IMG/VR virus record: IMGVR_UViG_3300042402_001228 | Location: 1 to 28,802 of that record | Length of the DNA: 28,802 nt | Reading direction: 5' to 3' (one strand) | From: a virus | Taxonomy: Duplodnaviria; Caudoviricetes | In this document: positions 8,701 through 16,808 of the stretch, in pieces | How the letters are laid out: the number at the start of each line of letters is the position of its first letter | Numbering within the stretch: the stretch's first letter is position 1 | Translations under genes and position numbers: made by a program | Notes under the pieces: model-generated | The model's database searches: none | The model's input: only the letters and a program-made list of their open reading frames with translations | What the model was told of the DNA's origin: nothing

Positions 8701-10978
8701 GTTAAAAGAATTTAAAGCAGGCATTGATAGTTTATATGAAGCATTTACAAGCGACCCTCAAAAATTAATTGATTCTAAAAAACAAGTAGCCGATTTTTTA
8801 ACAGAATTAAAAGCGTCTGCTAGTGCTAAATTGCCAGCTGAAATAACAAGCAAAGCAGATGCTGCTAAAGTTAGAGATTATTTGTTAAAAACACAGGCAG
8901 GTATAGCGGATTTAGCTGGACAGGTCGGGTTAGCGAGTAATGTAAAACCAGATTCAATGGCAGTAAAAAAATTGTTTAGTGATTTGACATCTTCAGATAG
9001 CCTAAAAGCATCAACAAAAACAATGATAAAAAACGCTGGAATTGAAAATATCACAAAAGATATTATTGTTGAAGCATTAAAATTATCTAAACGCTCAATT
9101 AGCGGTGAAGATGGATTGGCAATATCAAAAAGATATGACCCTTTAATAAAATACGCTACAGAAAACGCAAACTTCTTTGATTCAAGCAAAAACTTAACAA
9201 AAATAAAAGCGGATAAAGTATTAGAAAAAAGTTTAACAGATTTAGGCAAAGCAATGCCAACAACTACAGCAGAAGCTGCAAAACTTTCTGAAGAGCTAAC
9301 TAAATTATCAGACGAGGCAGCAATACAAGTTTCAACTTTTGAAGGCTTAACTAAAGCAACTTTAAATGTTATTTCTTCACAAGAAAAATTAGCTGAGGCC
9401 GGTAAATACGTCACTGACTTTTCAAAATCCATATCAGCGTGGATTAAAAATGTTCGCGCAACAACAGGGTCGCCTGTGAATCAACTAGGCATGGCTAAAG
9501 CTAATTTTGAGGAGCAACTAAAACTAGCTAAGTTTGGCGCAACAGCAGAAGAAAAACGCTCAGCATTAAGCGGAATTACCGGCTATGCTGATACTTACAT
9601 GAACGCGATTAAATCTTATTACGCAACAAGCGAAGAAGGTCAAAAAGCAATTGAAGATATTATGTCGCAAGTTAGCGGATTAGGGCAGTCAGTAGACGTA
9701 CAAGAATTACAGCTTGGCGCATTGCAAGATATTAAAGATGCTATTGATTTTAGCACTATTGAAATCCCTAGAGGTATTAGTGAAGCTAATGCAGATCTAT
9801 TTCAAAAACTAATTGATGCTACAAAAGCGGCAGGCGTTACAGCGTTAAAAGACCCAACAACTGATAATTTATTAAATTATAACGCTCTTGCTAAAATTGT
9901 TTTATTGATTGATAAATCTGCGCAACAAGGTGCTAATGCTGCTTTCCTTGATGCGTTAATCTCAAGCGTTGCGGGAGAATCTGGACTTCAGGCAGGAATT
10001 GAATTAATTATTGATAATGTGGATTTTGAAGCAGCCAAAAAAGAACAGATTATTGCTAACGTATTATCGTCATTTAATGAAAAACGATTAACGCTAACTA
10101 ATTTTGAGTTTGACGTGCAGGCGGCTATTGACGCAGCAAAAGAAAATGTTTTAGCAAGTTGGGGTGAGCCTAAATTAAATGTGACAACTGCTGACGCTAT
10201 TAAAAACATTAATGAAGTAAAAGATTTAAGTGGCACGCTTACAACAGAGATAGGAACAGAAAAAGCATTAAACGTTAGCGCAAATACTGCAATAGATAAT
10301 ATGCTTGAAGTTCGACATTTAACTGCTAACATTGAAGGTGGTATTATTGCTGATAGAGCATTAAATATTAATACAGATACAGCAAATCAAAAGCTAACTG
10401 ATTCAATATTATTATCAGGAGAATTTACAGCAGCAGCAGAGTTTGTGCCTGTAATGGATGTTAACACTACAACAGTCATTGCAAAAATAGCTGATGTTAT
10501 AAACTCGGCAACAACTGCAACCGCAGCATTATCAGCGTTAAGCGGTCAAAATCCAACTCAACAAGGAAACTCTTTTTTAGAAAGGGACGCAACTAATCTG
10601 GGTTATCAAGGTGATTTGACAGATATCGCAGCTATGCTGAGTTTTATAACCGCTGCTAATAAAACAAAAAGCTGGATGAATGGATACGCAAAAGGCGGCA
10701 TTGCAAACACACCATCAATCTTTGGTGAAGCAGGCGCAGAGGCGGCTGTACCATTGCCTGATGGGCGATCAATTCCTGTCACGTTATATAATTCAGCAAA
10801 TGATTCAAGTGTTAGCAGTGAAGAAACCATTGCAGAACTCAAAGCGCAAAATAACAAACTTGAAGTGCTTGTTAATACTTTAATGGCAACATCAAAAGCA
10901 GAACGCGAAAAAACACAGGAGCTAATTGACGCAATGAACGGATTACGCTCAGATACACGATTAGCGGCAAGGGGTTAA
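5711..10978 (+). CDS. Tape measure protein
   Basis: 1755 aa Ala/helix-rich; N-terminal 'FASTTPYSVKEITEAF..MKALG' tape-measure domain; Gly/Ala hydrophobic segments; C-terminal 'YAKGG......FGEAGAEA.VPLPDGRSIPV'. Confidence 0.93.
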   Translation: MATEEHSIRVSVDSTDVTRAERSLHGLTNATISTERNLSSLSSTARASSAALSGLSGVLGGLSVAQFSKSVFEVNKEMQTLRVSLETVTGSAKNAEIAFQSIQKFASTTPYSVKEITEAFIKMKALGLAPTEAALTSFGNTASAMGKPLKQMIDAVAGATTGEMDRLKEFGIKASKQGDDIKFTFKGVTTTVKDNSADIVKYLEKIGNTDFAGGMERQGKTMQGTLSSLADSWDAFQDHILNGAAENSIAQWVGNATNLLSRFDAWINGAFTKQGKLIELRTAQASALEKITASEKNGFGGRVADAVGEAVWGYSIENEKKKLAEIGKQMENIKKEIAADAITATKITAAAPIDKKTEETTKAKKGLSDAQKELNRQQDEYQRLIESTPYGEYNATIDKLTIALKNGGINQSTYSTLLNEANTRLLDSTEYVKENTKAIEDQTQAKQRALEGTARGKFEKGYSELMTQKPYMSDTEYSAGQDKLNADYLTQQQGVDFKTPAEQGKEALKAFNDEMDNTSKAFDKLGNSGSMAFDGILGGISAVAGAASSFATEIIKISDKQQSSQEKYDAVIKSVGVTESEKADATKKFAADKIKLDAQAFSAEISGARQIAGATAKLFGEKSAARKAFHAIEMGMSVIEMAMAAKKMIVDVAAGAANMFKQGGFAGFAGVAAMAAVMGGLGFAMAGGGDKVTDLTTPETSTTGSVLGSDGASASIKNIVDTLNSIHASEYVELQGINSNFQNLTKLTTTSLALALRDKGAFSYNTNGFKNTGASVLSAANTASTALTLGVGGLLGFGLSMLLGIGSVKFEAVGGGIVSKAQKLMLDGMEKQIEVMDYTKIKKTVTGWFSNDVTYFDVITGPNSQLTKLFQQVFSNVGTTLLQAATDSFKDTSLLNTDLTLPRIKLSLKSGEKNNAENQKKIEDAINKASDDIASQAFGRYLSAFQQMGEGLYETTIRLSAQAAVASGGMEKLGMKTNLTGLGLITFSDSLTRAFGGLKEFKAGIDSLYEAFTSDPQKLIDSKKQVADFLTELKASASAKLPAEITSKADAAKVRDYLLKTQAGIADLAGQVGLASNVKPDSMAVKKLFSDLTSSDSLKASTKTMIKNAGIENITKDIIVEALKLSKRSISGEDGLAISKRYDPLIKYATENANFFDSSKNLTKIKADKVLEKSLTDLGKAMPTTTAEAAKLSEELTKLSDEAAIQVSTFEGLTKATLNVISSQEKLAEAGKYVTDFSKSISAWIKNVRATTGSPVNQLGMAKANFEEQLKLAKFGATAEEKRSALSGITGYADTYMNAIKSYYATSEEGQKAIEDIMSQVSGLGQSVDVQELQLGALQDIKDAIDFSTIEIPRGISEANADLFQKLIDATKAAGVTALKDPTTDNLLNYNALAKIVLLIDKSAQQGANAAFLDALISSVAGESGLQAGIELIIDNVDFEAAKKEQIIANVLSSFNEKRLTLTNFEFDVQAAIDAAKENVLASWGEPKLNVTTADAIKNINEVKDLSGTLTTEIGTEKALNVSANTAIDNMLEVRHLTANIEGGIIADRALNINTDTANQKLTDSILLSGEFTAAAEFVPVMDVNTTTVIAKIADVINSATTATAALSALSGQNPTQQGNSFLERDATNLGYQGDLTDIAAMLSFITAANKTKSWMNGYAKGGIANTPSIFGEAGAEAAVPLPDGRSIPVTLYNSANDSSVSSEETIAELKAQNNKLEVLVNTLMATSKAEREKTQELIDAMNGLRSDTRLAARG
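10166..10537 (+). repeat. Four degenerate 31-aa (93-nt) repeats in tape measure C-terminal region
   Basis: KLNVTTADAIKNINEV / ALNVSANTAIDNMLEV / ALNINTDTANQKLTDS / VMDVNTTTVIAKIADV, with L/M codons at 10175, 10268, 10361, 10454 (93-nt spacing). Confidence 0.6.
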
Positions 10979-10980
10979 TT

Positions 10981-12681
10981 ATGTCTATATGGATTGCAAC
11001 GATTGGCGCGTTAGACGGCTCAAACACGCCAAAAACGCTATATTTTAGTGACGTATCGTATATTGATAATGATGGGAATTATTTTGAAAACCGAATGTTG
11101 CAACCGGCATTGATAAAAGTTAGCCCTGACGATGGTGGAACATTTAAAATATTTTCAACACCTTCAATTGGTGAGATTCAGCTAATCAATAAAGACGGTG
11201 GTTTGAATTATTTAATGGATTATGCGTTAGACAATGGCAGTATTTCATTATCGCTTGTTGTTGATAATGGCACAAAAAACGATTATTTAACAGGCAAAAT
11301 TGAATCAATGCGATTTAGTGGCGATGCTGTTTATTTAACCGTGCGATCAATGTCGGAAGTATTAACACGCAACCACGTTAATAATAAATTTTTAGGCAAT
11401 AATGCTTTGCCAAATGGCGTGGAGGGTGTTGCTGATGATATCAAAGGCAATGTAAAACCTCGTGTGTTTGGTAGTGTTCTTAATGCAACGCCTGTGCTTG
11501 TCAATACTTCACAATTAATTTATCAGTTTTCTGACAGAACGACAGCAACCATTAGCGCAATTTATGATAAAGGTGTTGCGCTAACATTGCATCAATCTTA
11601 CACATGGGCTAACTTTGCATCGTTTATGGCTCATACAAGCATTGCAAGTGGTAAATATATAATTTGTGCTGGATATGTAAAACTAGGCACAACACCAGCA
11701 GGAACGGTAACGGGCGACTGCGCTGACGCTATTTCAATTGCTACGTCTACTACATCATTTGCAATTGGAGTAGGCTCAAAAACGTTTGCCACACAAGCAG
11801 GAAAAGTTTTTTCTGCCGGTAATACGTTAATTATTTACTCAGCCGCAAATCAATCCAATTTTATGACTGGCACAGTGGCTTCTTACGCTACAACGTCGTT
11901 GGTTATGAATATCACATCGGTTGGTGGTTCTGGTACGTTTGCTGATTGGGTTATATCAAGTTGTTTAGCAGGTGACGTATTTGAAGCAATACTAGCTGAA
12001 GAATCGCTAACACTTAACGCAACAAGCAAAACCACATTAAATGCAATTGGTGCAGTAGGAATTTACGTTACTGGTGAAACAACCACTACGCAATTACTGA
12101 ATCAGATAGCACAATCATGCGGGGCGTATTGGTACTTTCTGCAAAATGTCGTTTATGCAAAATTACTTGCGCTTGCTACTACATCAACACTTAGCTTAAC
12201 CAATAGTGAGTTAATCACCATTGATATTATAAATACAGGCTTGGGTGAGAATGGATTGCCAGTTGAATCAATTTCTTTTAATTACGATCATATTGAAACC
12301 GTGCAAAAAGAAACCGATTTGGCAGGAGCTGTAACCGTTGCGCGTAAAGCAGTGTTGTCAAACCAGTATCGAAGTAAATTTATTAATGACGCAGCAGTAA
12401 AAACACGACACCCACTTGCGCCTGCAATTAAAATTGATAGTTGTCTTCGCCTTGAGGCTAACGCAACAACTGTAGCCACTACGCTATTAAACTTATCAAA
12501 AGTGCGTGTTGATACCGTAAACATTACAGCGGTGGTTAATGAGATACCATCGCTACAATTAGGCGATGGCGTCATGGTATTTTCAGATAAGTTAAGTTAT
12601 GATTACGGTAAATTATTGACGATCATTGGATTTCAAATTGATGCAAAAAGAAAAGAAATTGTTTTGGAGTGCATTGGATGA
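10981..12681 (+). CDS. Tail tip / baseplate hub-like protein
   Basis: 566 aa after tape measure; 'G.EG.ADDIKG..KPRVFG.V.N.TPVLVN', 'YDKG..L', 'KLG.TP.G.VT.D', C-terminal 'LQLGD.V'. Confidence 0.7.
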   Translation: MSIWIATIGALDGSNTPKTLYFSDVSYIDNDGNYFENRMLQPALIKVSPDDGGTFKIFSTPSIGEIQLINKDGGLNYLMDYALDNGSISLSLVVDNGTKNDYLTGKIESMRFSGDAVYLTVRSMSEVLTRNHVNNKFLGNNALPNGVEGVADDIKGNVKPRVFGSVLNATPVLVNTSQLIYQFSDRTTATISAIYDKGVALTLHQSYTWANFASFMAHTSIASGKYIICAGYVKLGTTPAGTVTGDCADAISIATSTTSFAIGVGSKTFATQAGKVFSAGNTLIIYSAANQSNFMTGTVASYATTSLVMNITSVGGSGTFADWVISSCLAGDVFEAILAEESLTLNATSKTTLNAIGAVGIYVTGETTTTQLLNQIAQSCGAYWYFLQNVVYAKLLALATTSTLSLTNSELITIDIINTGLGENGLPVESISFNYDHIETVQKETDLAGAVTVARKAVLSNQYRSKFINDAAVKTRHPLAPAIKIDSCLRLEANATTVATTLLNLSKVRVDTVNITAVVNEIPSLQLGDGVMVFSDKLSYDYGKLLTIIGFQIDAKRKEIVLECIG

Positions 12682-13838
12682 CAAGTAATATTTCTTTAAG
12701 TTATCCAAACCGGATAGACGAATGCACAATTACAGAAACTACTGCAACCACGTGGAACGCATTGCTACCACTTAGCAACATTCAAAACCCTGTTATAAAG
12801 CGTGTTGCACGATCAACCATTGGCGATAGAACATCAACGCTTAAAGTTAACCTTCCTTATGAGCCGCGCAGTATTGGCGTGGTGTCGTTAATTAATCATA
12901 ATTTAACCACTAATGCAAAGATCAGATACATTGGCTATAGTGGTTTAAATTTTACAGGCGACGTGCGATTTGATAGTGGTGCTGATTTTCGCGCATGGAC
13001 GATTCTTTATCCAATTTATAGTGAAAATACAGCTGGCACAAAATACCCTTGGGAATCGCGTAACTGGTGGCTAGGTTCAATTGAAGAAGATCAGCGCAAA
13101 AGCTACACATCAATGGGAACATATTATCCTGACGATAACGCAATGGTGCGCTCAGTAAAGATTATTATTGATGATACACCATCCGTTTCAGCAACTAGCA
13201 CAACCAGCGTAACCGTAGGTACAGGCGAAAAATCCTTTACAGTAGGCACTAACCTAAGTTTTATTGCTGGGCAAGAAATAACCATTTATAAAACTGGTAC
13301 AATAACCACGTTTGTTGCGGGAACAGTGCAATATTACGCGCCATCAACAGGCGCATTAGTGTTAAACTCTACCGCTTATGGCGGTACAGGTTCGCACAGC
13401 GCGTGGTCTGTAATCAACGGTAAAAACTTTATTGAAATAGGTCGTGTATTTTTAGGTCGCACAATTGAGCCTAGCATAAATCCTGCCTATGGTGATATTC
13501 AGCAAGGCTACACTGATTTAACAGAAATACAACGCTCGGTTGATAATACAAAATATTATTATATTAAACCTAAAATGCGCACGTTAGCGTGTATTTTAAA
13601 ACACATTACGCAAGATGAAGCATTTAGCGGATTTTACGATGCACAACGCGAAGTTGGGTTAAGCGGTGAAATGCTTTATAGTTATTCAAAACCAGATTAC
13701 ATCGGCAGCATTAATATGACGGTTGATAAGAATTTTTACGCCCGCACATTTTTATGTAATTTTTCAGAATTAAGCCCAATTGAAAACCCATTTGTTAATG
13801 GATTTCAAACGGCATTAAAATTAGAGGAAATAATTTAA
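12678..13838 (+). CDS. Tail tip (distal tail-like) protein
   Basis: Start reassigned to ATG 12678 (ATGA overlap with upstream stop); 'LPLSNIQNP....VARS', 'L.NHNLT..A..R', 'IDDT...IEIGRVFLG', 'N..YG'. Confidence 0.7.
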   Translation: MTSNISLSYPNRIDECTITETTATTWNALLPLSNIQNPVIKRVARSTIGDRTSTLKVNLPYEPRSIGVVSLINHNLTTNAKIRYIGYSGLNFTGDVRFDSGADFRAWTILYPIYSENTAGTKYPWESRNWWLGSIEEDQRKSYTSMGTYYPDDNAMVRSVKIIIDDTPSVSATSTTSVTVGTGEKSFTVGTNLSFIAGQEITIYKTGTITTFVAGTVQYYAPSTGALVLNSTAYGGTGSHSAWSVINGKNFIEIGRVFLGRTIEPSINPAYGDIQQGYTDLTEIQRSVDNTKYYYIKPKMRTLACILKHITQDEAFSGFYDAQREVGLSGEMLYSYSKPDYIGSINMTVDKNFYARTFLCNFSELSPIENPFVNGFQTALKLEEII

Positions 13839-15841
13839 TGAGTTCAGTCACTTTTAGTACAACAGTAGGCGGTGACGGTTCAACTGTTACCGATGATGAT
13901 AATGCTACTACAGGTCTTGGTAACGGAGGAGCATTAATTAGATTAGTACCAATGCTTCAACAAACAGTTAACGTTGCTTCATATATCGTTAGCGTTGGAA
14001 GTTCAGCATCTTCTAGTGCTTCAGCCGCAGCCGCAAGTGCAACAGCCGCAGCGGCTAGTTATGACTCGTTTGATGATCGTTATTTAGGTGCAAAAACATC
14101 TAATCCGACGGTTGATAATGATGGTAATGCACTACTTACGGGCGCGTTGTATTGGAATACTACCTCAAGTGAATTTAGAGTTTATACTGGCTCAGTATGG
14201 GTAGCAATACCAGTGGGTATTACAAACACATCAAATACGGCATTAGGCGTAAATGCGCTTAATACAACAACTACAGGTACAAATACTATTGCAATTGGCT
14301 ATCAGTCTTTAATTGCTAATACATCAGGTGCAAGCAATACAGCAGTTGGCTATAAGGCATTAAATGTAAATACTACAGGCACTTCAAATGTTGCAGTAGG
14401 TGATACAGCATTAGCTGCTAACACTACGGCTAATGATAATACTGCAATTGGCACATACGCAGGACTTAAAAATACCACAGGTGCTGCAAATGTTTATATT
14501 GGTAAAAATGCCAGTCAAAATAATACTACTGGTGGCAATAACGTTTCTGTTGGGTTTGAAGCATTACTAACCAATGTTGTAGGTTCTTATAATGTTGCCA
14601 TAGGCAGTTTAGCTTTAAGGTCTAATACAACAGGTATTCGGAATATAGCAGTAGGTTCAGAAGCTCTTTTCTTTAATACAACAGTAGGTGAATTAACTGC
14701 TGTTGGTTATCAAGCTTTAAAATCTAATACAACAGGGAATACTAGTGCCACTTTTGGTTATAAATCTCTTACCGCTAATACAACAGGACAAGCCAATGCG
14801 GCTTTCGGGCATAGTGCTTTAATAGGTAACACAACAGGTAATCGGAATATAGCAGTAGGTACAGAAGCTCTTTTCTTTAATACAACAGTAGGTGAATTAA
14901 CTGCTGTTGGTTATCAAGCTTTAAAAGCTAATACAACAGGGGATACTAGTGCCGCTTTTGGTTATAAATCTCTTGCAGCTAATACAACAGGAAATAGTAA
15001 TAGCGCATTTGGTCATAGTGCTTTAATAGTTAATACAGTAGGAGCTTACAACGTTGCTGTGGGTACAAACTCACTTCTCAGCAATACCACGGGTAATAGC
15101 AACTCAGCCGTGGGGAATAACGCACTTCGCAACAATACCACGGGTTTTAACAACTCAGCCGTGGGGAATAACGCACTCTACAACAACATTGCTAGCTTCA
15201 ACTCAGCAGTTGGTTATCAAGCACTCCTCTACAACACATTTGGTAATTACAACACAGCAATAGGTTCAAGCGTACTTCAAAATAACACATCGGGTGCTTT
15301 CAACACCGCTATAGGTACGGATGCGCTTCTCAGCAATACCACGGGTAGCTATAACGTAGGTGTGGGCGCATACGCACTCCAAGGCAACTCAACGGGTTCA
15401 GGTAACACAGCGTTTAATCCCTTTAATTCGGCAGGAACATATGCCCCAGTGTTTAGCCCAATCACACAAAACGATAGAGTTTGTATGGGTTCAACGTATG
15501 TTACAAATGCTTATATTCAAGTTGCTTGGACAGTTGTATCTGATGAAAGAGATAAGACAAACTTTGCTCCAGTCCCTTACGGCTTAGACTTTGTTAATCA
15601 ACTTAAACCTACCGCCTATCAGTTTAAAAAAGATAGAGAAACTGATGTACCTACAGGTATTGTTAGATATGGTTTTAAGGCACAAGATATTCTTGCTTTA
15701 GAGGGAGATACACCAGTCATTATTGATGTAGAAGATTTAAATAAATTAAGATTCAACTCAGATAGTCTTATCCCTGTTTTGGTCAATGCTATTAAAGAAT
15801 TAACCACTCGTCTTGAACTTTTAGAAGGTAAATTAAAATGA
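13838..15841 (+). CDS. Tail fibre / receptor-binding protein with beta-solenoid repeats and C-terminal intramolecular chaperone (peptidase S74)
   Basis: N-terminal anchor 'MSSVTF....GGDGSTVTDD', 'SYDSFDDRYLGAK...PTVDNDGNAL.TGALYWNT' module, about 23 repeats of N-x-A-V-G-x-x-A-L-x-x-N-T-T-G, then 'SDERDK...GL.FVNQLKP..Y...YGF.AQD...LIPVLVNAIKEL'. Confidence 0.9.
   Translation: MSSVTFSTTVGGDGSTVTDDDNATTGLGNGGALIRLVPMLQQTVNVASYIVSVGSSASSSASAAAASATAAAASYDSFDDRYLGAKTSNPTVDNDGNALLTGALYWNTTSSEFRVYTGSVWVAIPVGITNTSNTALGVNALNTTTTGTNTIAIGYQSLIANTSGASNTAVGYKALNVNTTGTSNVAVGDTALAANTTANDNTAIGTYAGLKNTTGAANVYIGKNASQNNTTGGNNVSVGFEALLTNVVGSYNVAIGSLALRSNTTGIRNIAVGSEALFFNTTVGELTAVGYQALKSNTTGNTSATFGYKSLTANTTGQANAAFGHSALIGNTTGNRNIAVGTEALFFNTTVGELTAVGYQALKANTTGDTSAAFGYKSLAANTTGNSNSAFGHSALIVNTVGAYNVAVGTNSLLSNTTGNSNSAVGNNALRNNTTGFNNSAVGNNALYNNIASFNSAVGYQALLYNTFGNYNTAIGSSVLQNNTSGAFNTAIGTDALLSNTTGSYNVGVGAYALQGNSTGSGNTAFNPFNSAGTYAPVFSPITQNDRVCMGSTYVTNAYIQVAWTVVSDERDKTNFAPVPYGLDFVNQLKPTAYQFKKDRETDVPTGIVRYGFKAQDILALEGDTPVIIDVEDLNKLRFNSDSLIPVLVNAIKELTTRLELLEGKLK
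14624..15031 (+). repeat. 204-bp tandem duplication (4 x 17 codons) within tail fibre
   Basis: Copies 14624-14827 and 14828-15031 align without gaps; the first 55 codons differ at only 7 codons. Confidence 0.9.
15082..15183 (+). repeat. 51-bp tandem duplication within tail fibre
   Basis: CAATACCACGGGT...CAACTCAGCCGTGGGGAATAACGCACT at 15082 and 15133. Confidence 0.9.
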
Positions 15842-16056
15842 ATGAAATATTAACAAAAGAACAAATTGCACAAAATTATTCATCCGCTATGGATTCTGTA
15901 AATTTAATTTTAAGTGGAAATGTGCATAATGAATCTGAACAAAATTGGGCAGAAATTGTTAAAAGAAACAAAGAGCATTTAGAAATCATGTTGGCTAAAG
16001 ATTATTGGACAACAGAAAATTTAAAACCATTTAAAGATGCAATAGCCTTTGTTTAA
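15838..16056 (+). CDS. Small protein coupled to tail fibre gene (possible fibre accessory/chaperone)
   Basis: 72 aa; ATGA overlap with fibre stop; 'IAQNY..AMDSVNLI', 'RNKEHLEIMLAKDYWT.E.L'. Confidence 0.6.
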   Translation: MNEILTKEQIAQNYSSAMDSVNLILSGNVHNESEQNWAEIVKRNKEHLEIMLAKDYWTTENLKPFKDAIAFV

Positions 16057-16075
16057 TAAACCATAGGATAAAGTC

Positions 16076-16288
16076 ATGCCTGATGATGCTTGCAGATTAG
16101 CTAAAGTGGAGCAACGGATTGAAACGCTTGAAGATGATTTCAAGCGTCAAAACGATAAACTTGACGATATAATTCATGCGCTTGAAGAAATGAAGAATGA
16201 GCAAACACGCTATAAAGGTTTTATTGGTGGAATTGTTTTCACCGTTGGCGCATTGTTTTCGTTTATCGCTTGGTGGACGAGTAAATAA
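16076..16288 (+). CDS. Lysis-cassette membrane protein (coiled coil + C-terminal TM; XhlA/holin-like)
   Basis: Heptad pattern LAKVEQRIETLEDDFKRQNDKLDDI, then GFIGGIVFTVGALFSFIAWW; AGGA RBS. Confidence 0.6.
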   Translation: MPDDACRLAKVEQRIETLEDDFKRQNDKLDDIIHALEEMKNEQTRYKGFIGGIVFTVGALFSFIAWWTSK

Positions 16289-16566
16289 TGGAATTCCTAC
16301 AGTTTGCAACGGATGTAGGTTTCCCCATTGCCGCTGCTTGCGTGGGAATGTACTTTGTATTTCTGACGATTAAATTTTTGCTTGATAGCGTACTTGAAAA
16401 GATTAAAAGCCTTATCGGCATCATCAAACAACTCGATAAGCGTGTTACCGCTATGTCACAAGACATTGTAAAAATAGACGTACTCATGACAGAAACGCTT
16501 GATATGCCTATTGAGAAAGAAAAAATAGCGCGTTTCAATAATCCACAAGAAAAGAGAATTGATTAA
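16288..16566 (+). CDS. Putative holin, YvrJ-like (paralogue 1)
   Basis: 'MEFLQFATDVGFPIAAACVGMYFVFL' N-terminal TM with GFPI motif followed by coiled coil; TAATG overlaps. Confidence 0.6.
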   Translation: MEFLQFATDVGFPIAAACVGMYFVFLTIKFLLDSVLEKIKSLIGIIKQLDKRVTAMSQDIVKIDVLMTETLDMPIEKEKIARFNNPQEKRID

Positions 16567-16808
16567 TGGATGTTGACGCATTAGCTAAATATATTAACCA
16601 ATACGGTTTTCCAATTATTGCATCAAGTAGCATGGGGTATATCGTTTACTTTGTTTGGATATGGGTAACAACGATTGTTAAGCCAATACTCACCGAAACA
16701 ACAGACGCGCTGATTGAATTAATCGACCAAATACGCCTGCTTGATAACGACATGATACGGCTTACACAAAAATTAATTACAGTACTTTCTATGAGATCGA
16801 GAAAATGA
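16566..16808 (+). CDS. Putative holin, YvrJ-like (paralogue 2)
   Basis: 'INQYGFPIIASSSMGYIVYFVWIWV' TM with GFPI motif followed by coiled coil; ATGA overlap with lysozyme. Confidence 0.6.
   Translation: MDVDALAKYINQYGFPIIASSSMGYIVYFVWIWVTTIVKPILTETTDALIELIDQIRLLDNDMIRLTQKLITVLSMRSRK

Noticed and set aside
4467-12575. Long antisense ORFs (e.g. 4467-4826, 6040-6375, 8878-9432, 9988-10332, 12288-12575)
   Set aside because: Shadow frames of strongly biased sense genes, with no RBS or recognisable motifs.
11731-13418. Inteins or introns as the explanation for the tail-gene insertions
   Set aside because: About 75 aa is too short; no N-terminal Cys/Ser block or terminal His-Asn; no intron-like RNA features; frames stay open.
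15082-15183. Mini CRISPR array
   Set aside because: Two 51-bp coding repeats matching the 17-aa protein period, with no unique spacers, leader or cas genes.
14624-15347. Diversity-generating retroelement (VR/TR pair) in the tail fibre
   Set aside because: Repeats are tandem and in-frame, mismatches are not confined to adenines of one copy (TCT/GCT, AAT/AAC, CTTCGC/CTCTAC), and there is no reverse transcriptase in the window.
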